A stretch of 64,000 bases of DNA from Dehalococcoidia bacterium. GTDB taxonomy: Bacteria; Chloroflexota; Dehalococcoidia; Plut-88900. The position numbers were made by a program, and so were the translations under genes. The DNA lies in assembly GCA_965197645.1 (NCBI GenBank), contig OZ240219.1:2752001-2816000 (forward strand), in the 5' to 3' direction. Under the pieces are notes generated by a model that worked only from the letters and a program-made list of their open reading frames with translations, was not told the DNA's origin and did not search any database. This document shows, in pieces, positions 41,414 to 51,094 of this stretch (its first letter is position 1; each line of letters opens with the position of its first letter).

Positions 41414-41470
41414 GGCTGGGTACCCTCCTGAAACCGGATGACGCCCGAAACTAGATGACGCCTCTGCCCG

Positions 41471-42286
41471 CTAGCCCACCGGCGCAGTGCGGGTATATTC
41501 AGCCAGATATCCGGGCCTGTACTGCCGATCTTCCCAGTTAGGATCGTCCTCGTCCCAGACGTAGGGAAGGGTGACAATCGAGCCTGGAGTGTCCATGGTC
41601 GTCAGCGCAGCGAAAGCGTCCCGTATTATGCTGCGCTGGAGCTCGGGCTCGTTGGGTTTTCCCGTCTGATGGCCCATGGGATAGTTGACGAAAACGGCCC
41701 GGGGAGGTTTAACGGCCTTCGTAATATCCAGGCCGGACGACATCGTGAGAGTTGGGATCCCCGCCTCTTCGATTACCCTGGAGATCAGTCCTACGGACTG
41801 ATGGCAGACCGGTCAGGCAGGCACCAGGTAGACAAGGTCGGCTTTCAGATCCTGCACGTGCTCCAGCAGCTGCGGCGCAAGACGCTGTTGCACCCTCCTC
41901 ACCGAGTAGATGCCGCCCATGAAGCTGAAGGCTCGTTCCGCCAGGCTCCCGAACAGTCCCTCCTCCTCCAACTCTCTCATCCGTTCCAGCGGGAACACGC
42001 AGTTGGGGTCTTTTACGGCGTCATCGATCTGATACCCGAAGTGGGACACACTCATATCCGATACGGCCGTGTCCCTGGGGATCTCGCGGAACGATGCATC
42101 GTTCTTGAAATGGAAGGGTTCCTGGTCACGATGGTAAACCCCGCCCGAGCTCATCAGCACCACCTTGCTCTCCTGGAGCGGCTTGGTGAGGGGCGTCCAT
42201 GGGATATCCTCGTTGTGCACCCAGCGATAGGGAGCTGTATCGGGGTAAAGCTCTCTGGTCCTCGGGATGTAGTCTATAGGGGACAT
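41471..42286 (-). CDS. GrdB/PrdB-like reductase selenoprotein B (UGA 41815-41813 = Sec)
   Basis: In-frame readthrough gives LVPA-U-PVCHQSVGLISRVIEEAGIPTL...KPPRAVFVNYPMGH; 8-bp hairpin after UGA. Confidence 0.88.
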
Positions 42287-42349
42287 CTCTTACTCCTCGT
42301 TCGATAAGCTAGTTAACAATACTACACTATCCACCGGCCCGGAGTCATT

Positions 42350-42976
42350 TCATTTCTCGGCTCTACCTCTCACCACGTAGACCGGGTCCGTATAGAAGCT
42401 CTCACGCCGGCCTATGTCCAACAGCGTTACATCGCTCCACTTCTCCGATGCACCAAAGTATTGCTCGATCAATCGACCCCTCTGCTCATCGTCTAGCGCC
42501 TTCCACACCGCGACGGCCTTGGTGGGAAACATCCGGTTGGAGTAGATCACCTGGAACCAACCATTGGGACGAAGGACCCGGTGCACCTCTCCGAAGACCT
42601 CCACCGGCCTCGTCATGTACTGGATGGAGACCGTCACCACCGCCGCATCGAAGCTGCCGGTCCGGAAGGGAAGCGCCCTATCCTTCCGGTTCAGGTCGTG
42701 GACAACCCGGTCGTCGAGCTGCGGGTTCTCCGCCATCTCCTTGCCGTTCAACCCCAGGCCCACCAGGCTTTCTACCGGGTGGCCCTCCGGCATGTGGGAC
42801 CGCCAGCTGCTCATCAGATCGAGGACCCGGCCGTTTTGAGGCAGGCTCTCAGACAGGTATTCCCCTATAGCGGCGATGGCATGATCGTCGATATGGACCA
42901 CCATGCGGGGCTCAATATAGAAGAGTGTATCGTTCCTCTCGTCTTCGCGACGGAACCACCGCTCGTCAAAGGTCAT
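42350..42976 (-). CDS. SAM-dependent methyltransferase
   Basis: FY.EPRMVVHID, LDLMSSWRSH, SNRMFPTKAV. Confidence 0.88.
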   Translation of the reverse strand: MTFDERWFRREDERNDTLFYIEPRMVVHIDDHAIAAIGEYLSESLPQNGRVLDLMSSWRSHMPEGHPVESLVGLGLNGKEMAENPQLDDRVVHDLNRKDRALPFRTGSFDAAVVTVSIQYMTRPVEVFGEVHRVLRPNGWFQVIYSNRMFPTKAVAVWKALDDEQRGRLIEQYFGASEKWSDVTLLDIGRRESFYTDPVYVVRGRAEK

Positions 42977-42985
42977 CGCACCGCC

Positions 42986-43651
42986 CTAGTAGCTCTTCCA
43001 AGCCTCTTCAATATCCGACGAGTCGACCACCCACACCAACCGCTCCAGAAACTTCATGGCGTCATCGTGGAGATCGGGTTGCCTGGCGCCGACCAGGTCG
43101 CGGGGCACGATAGGAAAGAAACCGACGCTTACGGCGTGCCATGCCGTCGGCAGTATCCCCACCTCGGTGGCGATGCCGGTATGAATGATCGTCTTTATGC
43201 CGTTGGACCGGAGTATCAGCTCGAAGTTGCTGTTGATGAAGGTGTTGGTGCGGTACTTGTTGATGACTATTTCGCCTTCCCGCGGCGCCAGCTCGTCGAT
43301 AGTCTGGCATCCCCAGGTGCCGATCACCCCAGGATTGGCATGGTCCTGCTCCGTCGGATCGCTGACCATGGCCCACCGCTTGCTGGTCATGGGATCGTCG
43401 TAGGAGCCCAGGTCCGGGAGGTCCGTGTAGCTGGTGTACATCACCTTCACGCCGTGCTCTCTGGCAGTGTCCACGAACTCGATCATCGGTTGGAGGATCC
43501 GGGACACGTCCAGCTTCTCGCCGGCCTTGAAGAAAGCCCCGTCCTCCGCCAGAAAATCGTTCTGCATGTCGTGGACCATCACCACCGTATGAGCGGGATT
43601 CACCATCTCCTGGACCGTTTCGAATATCTCTCTGCCCTTGAGGTTATACAT
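42986..43651 (-). CDS. Isochorismatase-like hydrolase
   Basis: HDMQNDF, INKYR.N.F, TGIATEVG. Confidence 0.85.
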   Translation of the reverse strand: MYNLKGREIFETVQEMVNPAHTVVMVHDMQNDFLAEDGAFFKAGEKLDVSRILQPMIEFVDTAREHGVKVMYTSYTDLPDLGSYDDPMTSKRWAMVSDPTEQDHANPGVIGTWGCQTIDELAPREGEIVINKYRTNTFINSNFELILRSNGIKTIIHTGIATEVGILPTAWHAVSVGFFPIVPRDLVGARQPDLHDDAMKFLERLVWVVDSSDIEEAWKSY

Positions 43652-43666
43652 GCCTTGATTTGCTCC

Positions 43667-44740
43667 TTACTCCCACCGGAACGCCCTGGCGGCCAGGGCG
43701 AAGGCCAATACCGTCCACACGCCCAGCCCCAGGAAGTCCCAGCCTATGCCGGCGATGCTTTCCCCTTGCACTGCCACCTCTCTCACTCCGTGGACCAGGT
43801 AGGTCAGCGGCAGATATTGCACCACCGCCTCCACAGGCCCGGGCAAAATGTCGATGGGGAAAAACACGCCGGAGAGAAACATCATAGGCAGGGCTATCAC
43901 ATTGGTCAACGGCGCCCCCACCTCCTCCGATTTAGCGTATCCGGAGATTGCAAAACCCATCGACAGGAACAGTACGCCGCCCACCACGGCCAGCAGCAAC
44001 AACACCCCGACGTTCCCCTCTACGTTCAGGTCGAAGACCAGCACGGCAACTCCCAGCAGTACGACCGTCTGAAGTATCGAAGCAATGAGCCGGGTCAGCA
44101 CCTGACCGGTGAGGAATTGGTGAGGCCTTATAGGTGTTGCCTTGAGCCTGCGCAGGACCCCCTGGTTTTTGTACTGGATGAATGTAAATGTGACCCCGAA
44201 TATCCCCGTCTGCATCACAGACATGGCTATGACCCCCGGTACCAGGAAGTCCACGTAGTCCAGCCCGCGGCTGCTCACCGTCTCGCCTTCAAAGGTGAAG
44301 AGCCGCTCCGTCCCCGTCAGGTCCAGGTTCATCTGCTCCAGAAGGCTCCTCACTATCGAGGCGCCGACACGAGCTTGCTCCAGCCTCGCATCGTTGAAGT
44401 ACCCCTGGACGGTGGTCAACGAGCCCGCCTCCCCGAACCCGGCGGGCAGCACCGCCACCAGGTGCCGGTCGCCCTCCTCCAGCATGGCTATCTCCGTCTG
44501 CCTGGAACCATGGGAAAGATCGATTATGTCCAGTTCCTCCAGCTCTAATATGAACGTGGCCGACGCCTCGTTGCCGGCCTCGTCGACTATCCCCAACTCC
44601 ACCTCCGAAAAGGAGCCGAAGTCCACCAGCCCGAAGATCACGATGAAGATCAGTGGGAACAGCAACGTCCAGAACAACGCCTGGGGGTTGCGGAAATATA
44701 TCTTGAAGGAGGCTATCGTTAGCGAAAGGGTGGGCTGCAA
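43667..44740 (-). CDS. ABC-2 type transporter permease
   Basis: YVDFLVPG, GVLRRLKATP, MFLSGVFFP. Confidence 0.92.
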   Translation of the reverse strand: MQPTLSLTIASFKIYFRNPQALFWTLLFPLIFIVIFGLVDFGSFSEVELGIVDEAGNEASATFILELEELDIIDLSHGSRQTEIAMLEEGDRHLVAVLPAGFGEAGSLTTVQGYFNDARLEQARVGASIVRSLLEQMNLDLTGTERLFTFEGETVSSRGLDYVDFLVPGVIAMSVMQTGIFGVTFTFIQYKNQGVLRRLKATPIRPHQFLTGQVLTRLIASILQTVVLLGVAVLVFDLNVEGNVGVLLLLAVVGGVLFLSMGFAISGYAKSEEVGAPLTNVIALPMMFLSGVFFPIDILPGPVEAVVQYLPLTYLVHGVREVAVQGESIAGIGWDFLGLGVWTVLAFALAARAFRWE

Positions 44741-44741
44741 G

Positions 44742-45500
44742 CTATCCCTCTCGCAAGCTCTTGCCCGTCAGATCGATGAACACGTCTTCCAGGTTTGCAC
44801 CTCTGAACGCCCTCGTCTTGTTGAAGCCCCTGTCCAGCAACTCGTCGATGAGGGCGTCGGGGCTTTTCATCGCCACTATCCGGCCCTCATCCATAATCGC
44901 CACCCTATCGCACAGCTCCTCGGCCTCCTCCATGTAGTGGGTGGTCAGAAGAACGGTCTTGCCGTCCTCCCGAAACCTCTTGATCAGGTCCCACATGTGC
45001 CTTCGAGACTGGGGGTCGAGACCGGTGGTGGGCTCGTCAAGGAACATCACCAACGGGTCGTTGACCAGCGCCGTAGCTATGGACAACCTCTGTTTCTGGC
45101 CGCCCGAGAGCTGTCGGTACTGAGACCTGGCCTTATCTCCCAGCTCCACCTGCCCCAGGATCGCTGCCGCGTCGACTCTATGCCCGTACATGTCGCCGAA
45201 CAGCTTCACCAGCTCCAGCAAGTTAAGCCTATCGAAGAAGGCCGCCGACTGCAGCTGCACACCGATGATCCCCTTCACCCCGTGGGGGTCTATCGCTACG
45301 TCGATGCCGTTTATCAGCGCTTCCCCCGAGTCCGCATCCCGCATCCCCTCCAGGATCTCCACCGTGGTGGTCTTGCCCGCGCCATTGGGGCCCAGGATGC
45401 CGAACACCTCGCCCTGTCCCACCTCGAAGGACACGCCGTCCACCGCGGTGAGCGAACCGTATCGCTTGACCAGCTCCGTCACTTGAATCATAGGCTCCAT
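44742..45500 (-). CDS. ABC transporter ATP-binding protein
   Basis: GPNGAGKTT, LSGGQ, FLDEPTTGLDP, TTHYMEEAE. Confidence 0.95.
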   Translation of the reverse strand: MEPMIQVTELVKRYGSLTAVDGVSFEVGQGEVFGILGPNGAGKTTTVEILEGMRDADSGEALINGIDVAIDPHGVKGIIGVQLQSAAFFDRLNLLELVKLFGDMYGHRVDAAAILGQVELGDKARSQYRQLSGGQKQRLSIATALVNDPLVMFLDEPTTGLDPQSRRHMWDLIKRFREDGKTVLLTTHYMEEAEELCDRVAIMDEGRIVAMKSPDALIDELLDRGFNKTRAFRGANLEDVFIDLTGKSLREG

Positions 45501-45613
45501 ACGCCGGAGAAATATATCATAAGTACCCATCTCCGATGGGCCGCTCAATCTTCCGCTTGCAATCGGCACTATCGAAAAGTAGAGTAGACAAAACGAGTGG
45601 GCGGGTGAAGCAC

Positions 45614-46060
45614 ATGCCTATCGAGCGGGTGGGACACGTGGTCCTGAAGATGAGAGACCTGGACAAGGCGAAGCAGTTTTACGGGGGCGTCCTGGGCATG
45701 CAGATAGCCGACGATGAGGACTTCGGAGTCTTCTTTCGCTTCAACGATTACCACCACGATATCGCCGTATTCAAGGTGCCGGATGACGCCGAGCTTCCCA
45801 AGGAGGACCAGGTGGGTCTGGCCCACGTAGCGCTGGTGGCCGACAGCCTGGAAACGGTAAAGGGGATGTATCGTCGCCTGAAGGAGCAGGGCGTCGAGGT
45901 CACAGGGACGACGGACCACGGCGTTACCAAGAGCCTCTACTGCAAAGACCCCGAGGGCAACGAGATTGAGATCTACTGCGAGGTGCCGGAGGTAAGCTGG
46001 CAGGACGCAGGGACGGTCGCCGTCGATGAACCGCTGGACCTGGAGTCGGTCAAGGCCTAG
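45614..46060 (+). CDS. VOC/glyoxalase family protein
   Basis: GHVVL, HHDIA, HVAL, DPEGNEIE. Confidence 0.88.
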   Translation: MPIERVGHVVLKMRDLDKAKQFYGGVLGMQIADDEDFGVFFRFNDYHHDIAVFKVPDDAELPKEDQVGLAHVALVADSLETVKGMYRRLKEQGVEVTGTTDHGVTKSLYCKDPEGNEIEIYCEVPEVSWQDAGTVAVDEPLDLESVKA

Positions 46061-46126
46061 CCGTCTGGATCAGGCCTCACTCCCCGGGGTCTTTCACCAC
46101 CGTACAGTTGCCTACGCACCCGCCCG

Positions 46127-47290
46127 TCAGTGGACGATGATCTCTCGGGGGGCGTGGGTTATCAGCTCCGGCCCATCGTCGTGGATGATGGCCTGCTCGC
46201 CCAGCGCCATCGTCAGCCCGGCTTCCCGGTCCACCAGCACCATGTGGGTGAAGAAGGTCATGTTCGGCTCCAGGACCAGCGGATTGTCCCGGATGATCAT
46301 CGGGTGCTCCATCCAGGTGGGCGGCCAGGTTGCTCCCATGGTGTAACCGCAGGCGTTCAGTATGGCGTGACCGAGACCCCGCCGGGTGAAGGTATCGGCG
46401 TGGGCAGCGAACATGTCTCCCACCGTGTTTCCCGGTTTCATCGCCCCCTGGATGGCGCCCAGGGCCTCGATGCAGGCCTCCAGCATCCTTTCGTAGCGCG
46501 GATCGATATTGGGGCCGGTGAGCACTATCGCCATGCTGGCCGCGTGGTAGTGCCGGTATCCGGTTGCGATCTCATAGGTAACCTGGTCGTTCTCACCTAT
46601 CTTGCCCCGGCCGGTGGCATAACGGCCCAACAACGCCTTTTCCCCGGCTCCCGTCACCCACCTCGATGCAGGCGGGTCGCCGTCCATCCTCCAGTTCAGG
46701 CCATGCATCTCGGCGAGGATATCCCCCTCGTTGGCTCCTGCTACCGTCCCATCGATGCCTATCTGCAGCACGGCGTCGCAGATCTCACCCGCTTTACGAA
46801 GGTAGTCTATCTCCTGGGGACTCTTCACCACCCGCAGCAGGCGTATCAGGTCCGATACGTCCACCAGCTCGCAGAACTCGTCCAGGGCGTCCTGCAGCTC
46901 CCTGTACATCCGGGCGGTAAGTCCGTAGGTATCGTACTGGATGCCGATGCGCTTGCCCCGCATTCCGTGGCTCTCCAGCATGTCCCGCACCGCGTTCACC
47001 GGCGGATTATCGGGACTGTCCACCCAAAGCTGCACGTCCTCGCAGATGGAGGAGTACTTGATGCTGCTCAGGTCCGCCGACCTCGAAACATGGGTCAGCT
47101 GCCCATCGACACCGATGAACATGTTGTGAAATATGACGAACCCGTCCGTGTCCAGGCCGCACAGCCAGTACATGTCTTCGATCTTGAACAAGAGCATGCC
47201 GTCCAGGTCCCGTTTGGCCAACTCTTCCCTGACCCGCTTCTGGCGCTCCTCGAACTCCTGGAGCGAGAAATGGATGTGCGGCTCGGCCAT
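46127..47290 (-). CDS. M24 family hydrolase (ectoine hydrolase/creatinase-like)
   Basis: FS..EF..RQ..VR, LRVVKSPQEI, GYTMGATWPPTWME, LEPNMTFF. Confidence 0.82.
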   Translation of the reverse strand: MAEPHIHFSLQEFEERQKRVREELAKRDLDGMLLFKIEDMYWLCGLDTDGFVIFHNMFIGVDGQLTHVSRSADLSSIKYSSICEDVQLWVDSPDNPPVNAVRDMLESHGMRGKRIGIQYDTYGLTARMYRELQDALDEFCELVDVSDLIRLLRVVKSPQEIDYLRKAGEICDAVLQIGIDGTVAGANEGDILAEMHGLNWRMDGDPPASRWVTGAGEKALLGRYATGRGKIGENDQVTYEIATGYRHYHAASMAIVLTGPNIDPRYERMLEACIEALGAIQGAMKPGNTVGDMFAAHADTFTRRGLGHAILNACGYTMGATWPPTWMEHPMIIRDNPLVLEPNMTFFTHMVLVDREAGLTMALGEQAIIHDDGPELITHAPREIIVH

Positions 47291-47294
47291 CTGT

Positions 47295-47864
47295 CTACCC
47301 TTCCCTTTCCAGCGCTTCCTTGACCTCACGGTAGGCGACCTTAGTCACCCGGTCCGTGATCTGCGGCTTGATGCCCGTGTCCTCCACCTTCATGGTAACG
47401 AACGTAGGCCCCGTCATCTCCAGGATATCCGCCATACGAAGGGCCAGCTCCTCCAGATCATCGAACTCGAGGGTATTGGGATATCCCGCCGACCTGGCCA
47501 GTCCCGCAAAAGAGAGCCTGTCTACCCCCGGCACCGGCTGCCCGCCGCTGAGGCCGTAGATATCGTTCTGATAGAGAAAGTGGACCAGGTTGGGCGGCGA
47601 CTGGTTCGCTATGGTCACCAGCGACCCCAGGTTCATCAGAAGACTGCCGTCCGAGTCCACTACGATCACCTTCCTGTTGGGCTGGGCCAGCGCCAAGCCC
47701 AGTCCTATGGATGAGGCCTTGCTCATGGAGTTGATCAGCGGCAGGTGAAGCTCCTGTTTGTCGGAGATCGAGTCCCACAGGGTGTAGGGCGTCTCGGTAG
47801 TGACGACCAGAGCGTCTCCCTGGTGGCGGGCAATGAGCTTCAGCGCCTCGATGCCGGGTATCAT
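47295..47864 (-). CDS. Sulfopyruvate/phosphonopyruvate decarboxylase beta subunit-like (ThDP-binding)
   Basis: SMSKASSIGLGLALAQP, DSDGSLLMNLG, N.IY..SGGQP. Confidence 0.82.
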   Translation of the reverse strand: MIPGIEALKLIARHQGDALVVTTETPYTLWDSISDKQELHLPLINSMSKASSIGLGLALAQPNRKVIVVDSDGSLLMNLGSLVTIANQSPPNLVHFLYQNDIYGLSGGQPVPGVDRLSFAGLARSAGYPNTLEFDDLEELALRMADILEMTGPTFVTMKVEDTGIKPQITDRVTKVAYREVKEALEREG

Positions 47865-48370
47865 TCCTGCTGGTATTCGGCGCCGATCAGGGCGGCCACC
47901 GGCCTCGATATTCGTTGTGCTTCGTGATAGGCCTGGGATATCTTCGGGACGTCTTCGTCGGTCTCGACAAGGTGGTAGTCGATCCCCCACGCTTTGAGTA
48001 TAGGTTCCAGGTAGGTGGCCGCCGAGTCCACGATGGGCCCCTCTCGCCTCCAGCCCCTGTACCCGACCAGCAGCAGCAGGGGAAGACCCACCTCCAACGC
48101 CAGTCCTCGTATCGCATCCCCGGACTCGTAAAGTCCGGTGCTCTGCATGAGGCACGCCGGTCTCTGACCCCCCAGCAGCAGTCCCATGGCGATGGGCACG
48201 GCCTCCCCCTCTCGGCACACCTGCACCAGTTTCACCGACGTGTCTGCGGCCACGGTGTCGTAGAGAAACCGGCTCTCCGTATCGGGAAGCCACACGATGT
48301 GACTTATCTCCAGCTTCTTGAGCTCTTCCAGTACGCGGGCCGGTGTGAGAACTTTTCGCTCGGTGGTCAT
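47861..48370 (-). CDS. Sulfopyruvate decarboxylase alpha subunit-like
   Basis: WLPD, CREGEAV.IA.G, LMQSTG, VGYRG; overlaps the beta subunit start. Confidence 0.82.
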   Translation of the reverse strand: MTTERKVLTPARVLEELKKLEISHIVWLPDTESRFLYDTVAADTSVKLVQVCREGEAVPIAMGLLLGGQRPACLMQSTGLYESGDAIRGLALEVGLPLLLLVGYRGWRREGPIVDSAATYLEPILKAWGIDYHLVETDEDVPKISQAYHEAQRISRPVAALIGAEYQQE

Positions 48371-49368
48371 AGCCGGTACACCCTCACCGCGGTGTCGTGG
48401 AACAGCGAGCCCAGCTCAGACGCCGAGAACCCCTTCGCCACCCGCTTGAAGGCGTTCCAGAGGACGGTGTAGGAGCCCGATACCTTGTCCACCGGAAAGT
48501 TGCTTTCGAACATACACCGTTCGGGACCGAACTTCTCGACGCAGAAGAGGTAGTAGGGAGACATGGCCTCAGCCATCTCCTCAGAGGCAGGCGGTGCGCT
48601 GCGCTTATGCCAAGCGAAGCCGCACATGGACATGCCCAGCCCACCCAGCTTTACCGTGACGTTGGGACATTCGGCCAGCTCCGAGATGCCGCGGACCCAC
48701 TCTTGATACACCTCTTCCCGCTTGCCAACGTAGGGCCCGATGCCAAGCAACCCTCCTACGTGGTTGAGAATGATCGAGACGTCCGGGAACGACTTCGCCA
48801 GGTCGGCCAGCTCCGAGAGTTGGGTGTGGTACAACCACGCCTCGTAGCTCAACCCGTAGCTCTGGAGACAAGCGAATCCCTCCCGGTACTTGGAGTCCAG
48901 CAGCAGCCCCTGGGGAGCGTTTCGGTACCTGCGTATGTCGGGACTGGCGTCCCATGGACAGGCGTGCCGAATTCCGCGGAACCTGCCCTCGCTGGCGGCG
49001 ACGTGGGCCTCCAGTACCGGCGCGACCGATTCTCCCAACGTGAAATCGGCGAAGCCGACAATACCGGCGCATACATCGATGCTATTGTCCGACCGGCCGG
49101 CGTTCTCGCTGGCGACGGCTGCCACGAACTCGGTCTCGCCGACGGGCTGCATCTCCACCGGGCCCGACTGACGGTACATGGCCTGACACTCGACGAACAC
49201 CGTCTTTACAACGTTATGGCCGCCCCCTATGTCCTGCAGTAGCTCATCGAGGAGGTATCGGTCGCCATTTATGTCCCACAGGTGATGGTGAGGATCGCAG
49301 ATGGCAAGGTCCGGGTCTATGGGGTCTTCGATGGTCAGCCCGAGCCAGTCTTCCCTTGCGTTTGCCAT
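48367..49368 (-). CDS. Amidohydrolase family protein
   Basis: DPHHHLW, ILNHVGG, MFESNFPVD. Confidence 0.88.
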   Translation of the reverse strand: MANAREDWLGLTIEDPIDPDLAICDPHHHLWDINGDRYLLDELLQDIGGGHNVVKTVFVECQAMYRQSGPVEMQPVGETEFVAAVASENAGRSDNSIDVCAGIVGFADFTLGESVAPVLEAHVAASEGRFRGIRHACPWDASPDIRRYRNAPQGLLLDSKYREGFACLQSYGLSYEAWLYHTQLSELADLAKSFPDVSIILNHVGGLLGIGPYVGKREEVYQEWVRGISELAECPNVTVKLGGLGMSMCGFAWHKRSAPPASEEMAEAMSPYYLFCVEKFGPERCMFESNFPVDKVSGSYTVLWNAFKRVAKGFSASELGSLFHDTAVRVYRL

Positions 49369-49411
49369 ATCGGTCCTTCAGATCCCCTGCACTCGGCTCC
49401 AGGTTTCCTCG

Positions 49412-50899
49412 CTACTCTCTTATACGCAGAGTAGACACCTCGCCCGAATCTATATCGGCCACCCGGATGGCGTGATTGTTCGTGTCCGCTATGTAGAGCT
49501 TTCCATCGGCGGCGCTTATGCCACCCGGCTCGTGGAAGGTCACCGCGTCCTCGTACCCGTCGCCGTGCCCAACCTCTCCCGTGCCAAGCAACGTAGTGAC
49601 CTCCCGGGTTTCGGGGGCCAGCCGCTTGATCTTGTTGTTGTAGGTGTCGGTCAGGTAGACAGCCCCATCGTGATGGGCGACACACTGGACGTGCTGCAGC
49701 CGCGCCGAGGCCCCGTCTCCATCGATGTCCCCAAACTCGAACAGCCCCTCCCCCACCAGGGTCGTCACGTTGCCCCTGGGATCCAGGTCGGCCATCCGTA
49801 CCGAGCTGGTCTCGCTATCGGCAAAGTAGAGCATGCTGCCATCGGTGGTGATGCCCGTCGGCTGTGCCAGCATGGCCGAGTCCAGCGGGCCGTCGGAGAT
49901 GCTTTCCCTTCCGTTGCCGGCGTAGGGCCCTACTCGGCCCTTTTCCAGGTCCATCGCCCAGAGCTGGTGAAAGCCCGCCATCGCTATGTAGAGGGTCCCG
50001 TTCAACTGGGTCAGTGCCCACGGCGAGTTGAGGGCCGTCGATGATGCCTCGCCTCCCCCGTGGAAGAACCGTGCCTGCTCGCCCACACCGGCGATGGTCT
50101 CCACCATCTTGCCTTCAATGTCCACTTTGCGGATGGCGTGGTTCTCCGTGTCGGCGACGAACAGGGCGCCGTTGCTGGCGGCCATTCCGTGGGGGTGGTC
50201 GAACCGGGCCGTCTCGAAAGACCCGTCCAGAAGCCCTTCCTCCCCCTCGCCGATGACGTCCTGAATGCGTCCTTCCATATCCGTGACTAGCAGCCGGTTG
50301 TGGCCCGTATCGGCGATGAAGATCCTGCCCAAGGCGGGGTCTGCCAGCACCTTCTCGGGGAAGGAGAGCCACGCCCCCTCTTCCTGCTTCGCCCCGACGA
50401 CGCCGGGCAGAGGCGATCTGTCCAACGTGCCCCGCTCCTCAAACTCCCGGACGATATTTGAGACCAGGTTATCGAACGCCTCGTAGGTGATCTCGCCCTC
50501 GTGCTTGCCCAGCACGTTGCCTTCGGGATCGATGATGAAGAGGCTGGGCCAGGCCCGGGCGGCGTACTGGCTCCATATCATGAAGTCTCTATCGTTGATA
50601 ACGGGATGCTCGATGCCGTACCGCATCACCGCCTTGGCCACGTTGTCAGTCTCCTGTTCGGAGGTGAACTTGGCCGAGTGGACCCCGATGACCACGAGCT
50701 CTTGGGAGTACTTTCGCTCCAGTTTCCGCAACTGCGGAAATATGTGCATGCAGTTGATTCAGCAGTATGTCCAGAAGTCCAGGATGACCACTTTCCCGCG
50801 GAGCTCTTCCAGGCTCAGGGGCCGGTCCACGTTGATCCAGTCCAGGTCCATGGGAAATGCGGGGGCATTTACGGTGCCTACCAGCGTCTGTTGCGCCAT
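49412..50899 (-). CDS. Thioredoxin-like plus NHL-repeat protein (NHLRC2-like), selenoprotein (UGA 50761-50759 = Sec47)
   Basis: ATG 50899: MAQQTLVG...[25 protein letters not shown]...IGVHSAKF, followed by NHL repeats; the homologous motif is normally WTYCCINC. Confidence 0.88.
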
Positions 50900-50914
50900 T
50901 CCTAGTTCCTCTCC

Positions 50915-51058
50915 AGGCCTGTCTCAAAATGACGGATGTCTGTGTCCCAACCGCCCGACCTCGGACGGTCTCATAACTGGGGGCACACACACCCGGACCC
51001 CTTGCCAGAGGGAAGCCTCTTTCTGGACTCCCTCAACGCAGGGTTTCGGGACAGGCCT
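50915..51058. repeat. MITE-like dispersed repeat, copy 3 with intact terminal inverted repeats
   Basis: AGGCCTGTCTCAAA ... TTCGGGACAGGCCT ends (12/14 complementary) around the shared core. Confidence 0.78.
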
Positions 51059-51094
51059 CTCTATGTTATCAACCACTTTCAGATCTGCAAGCTG

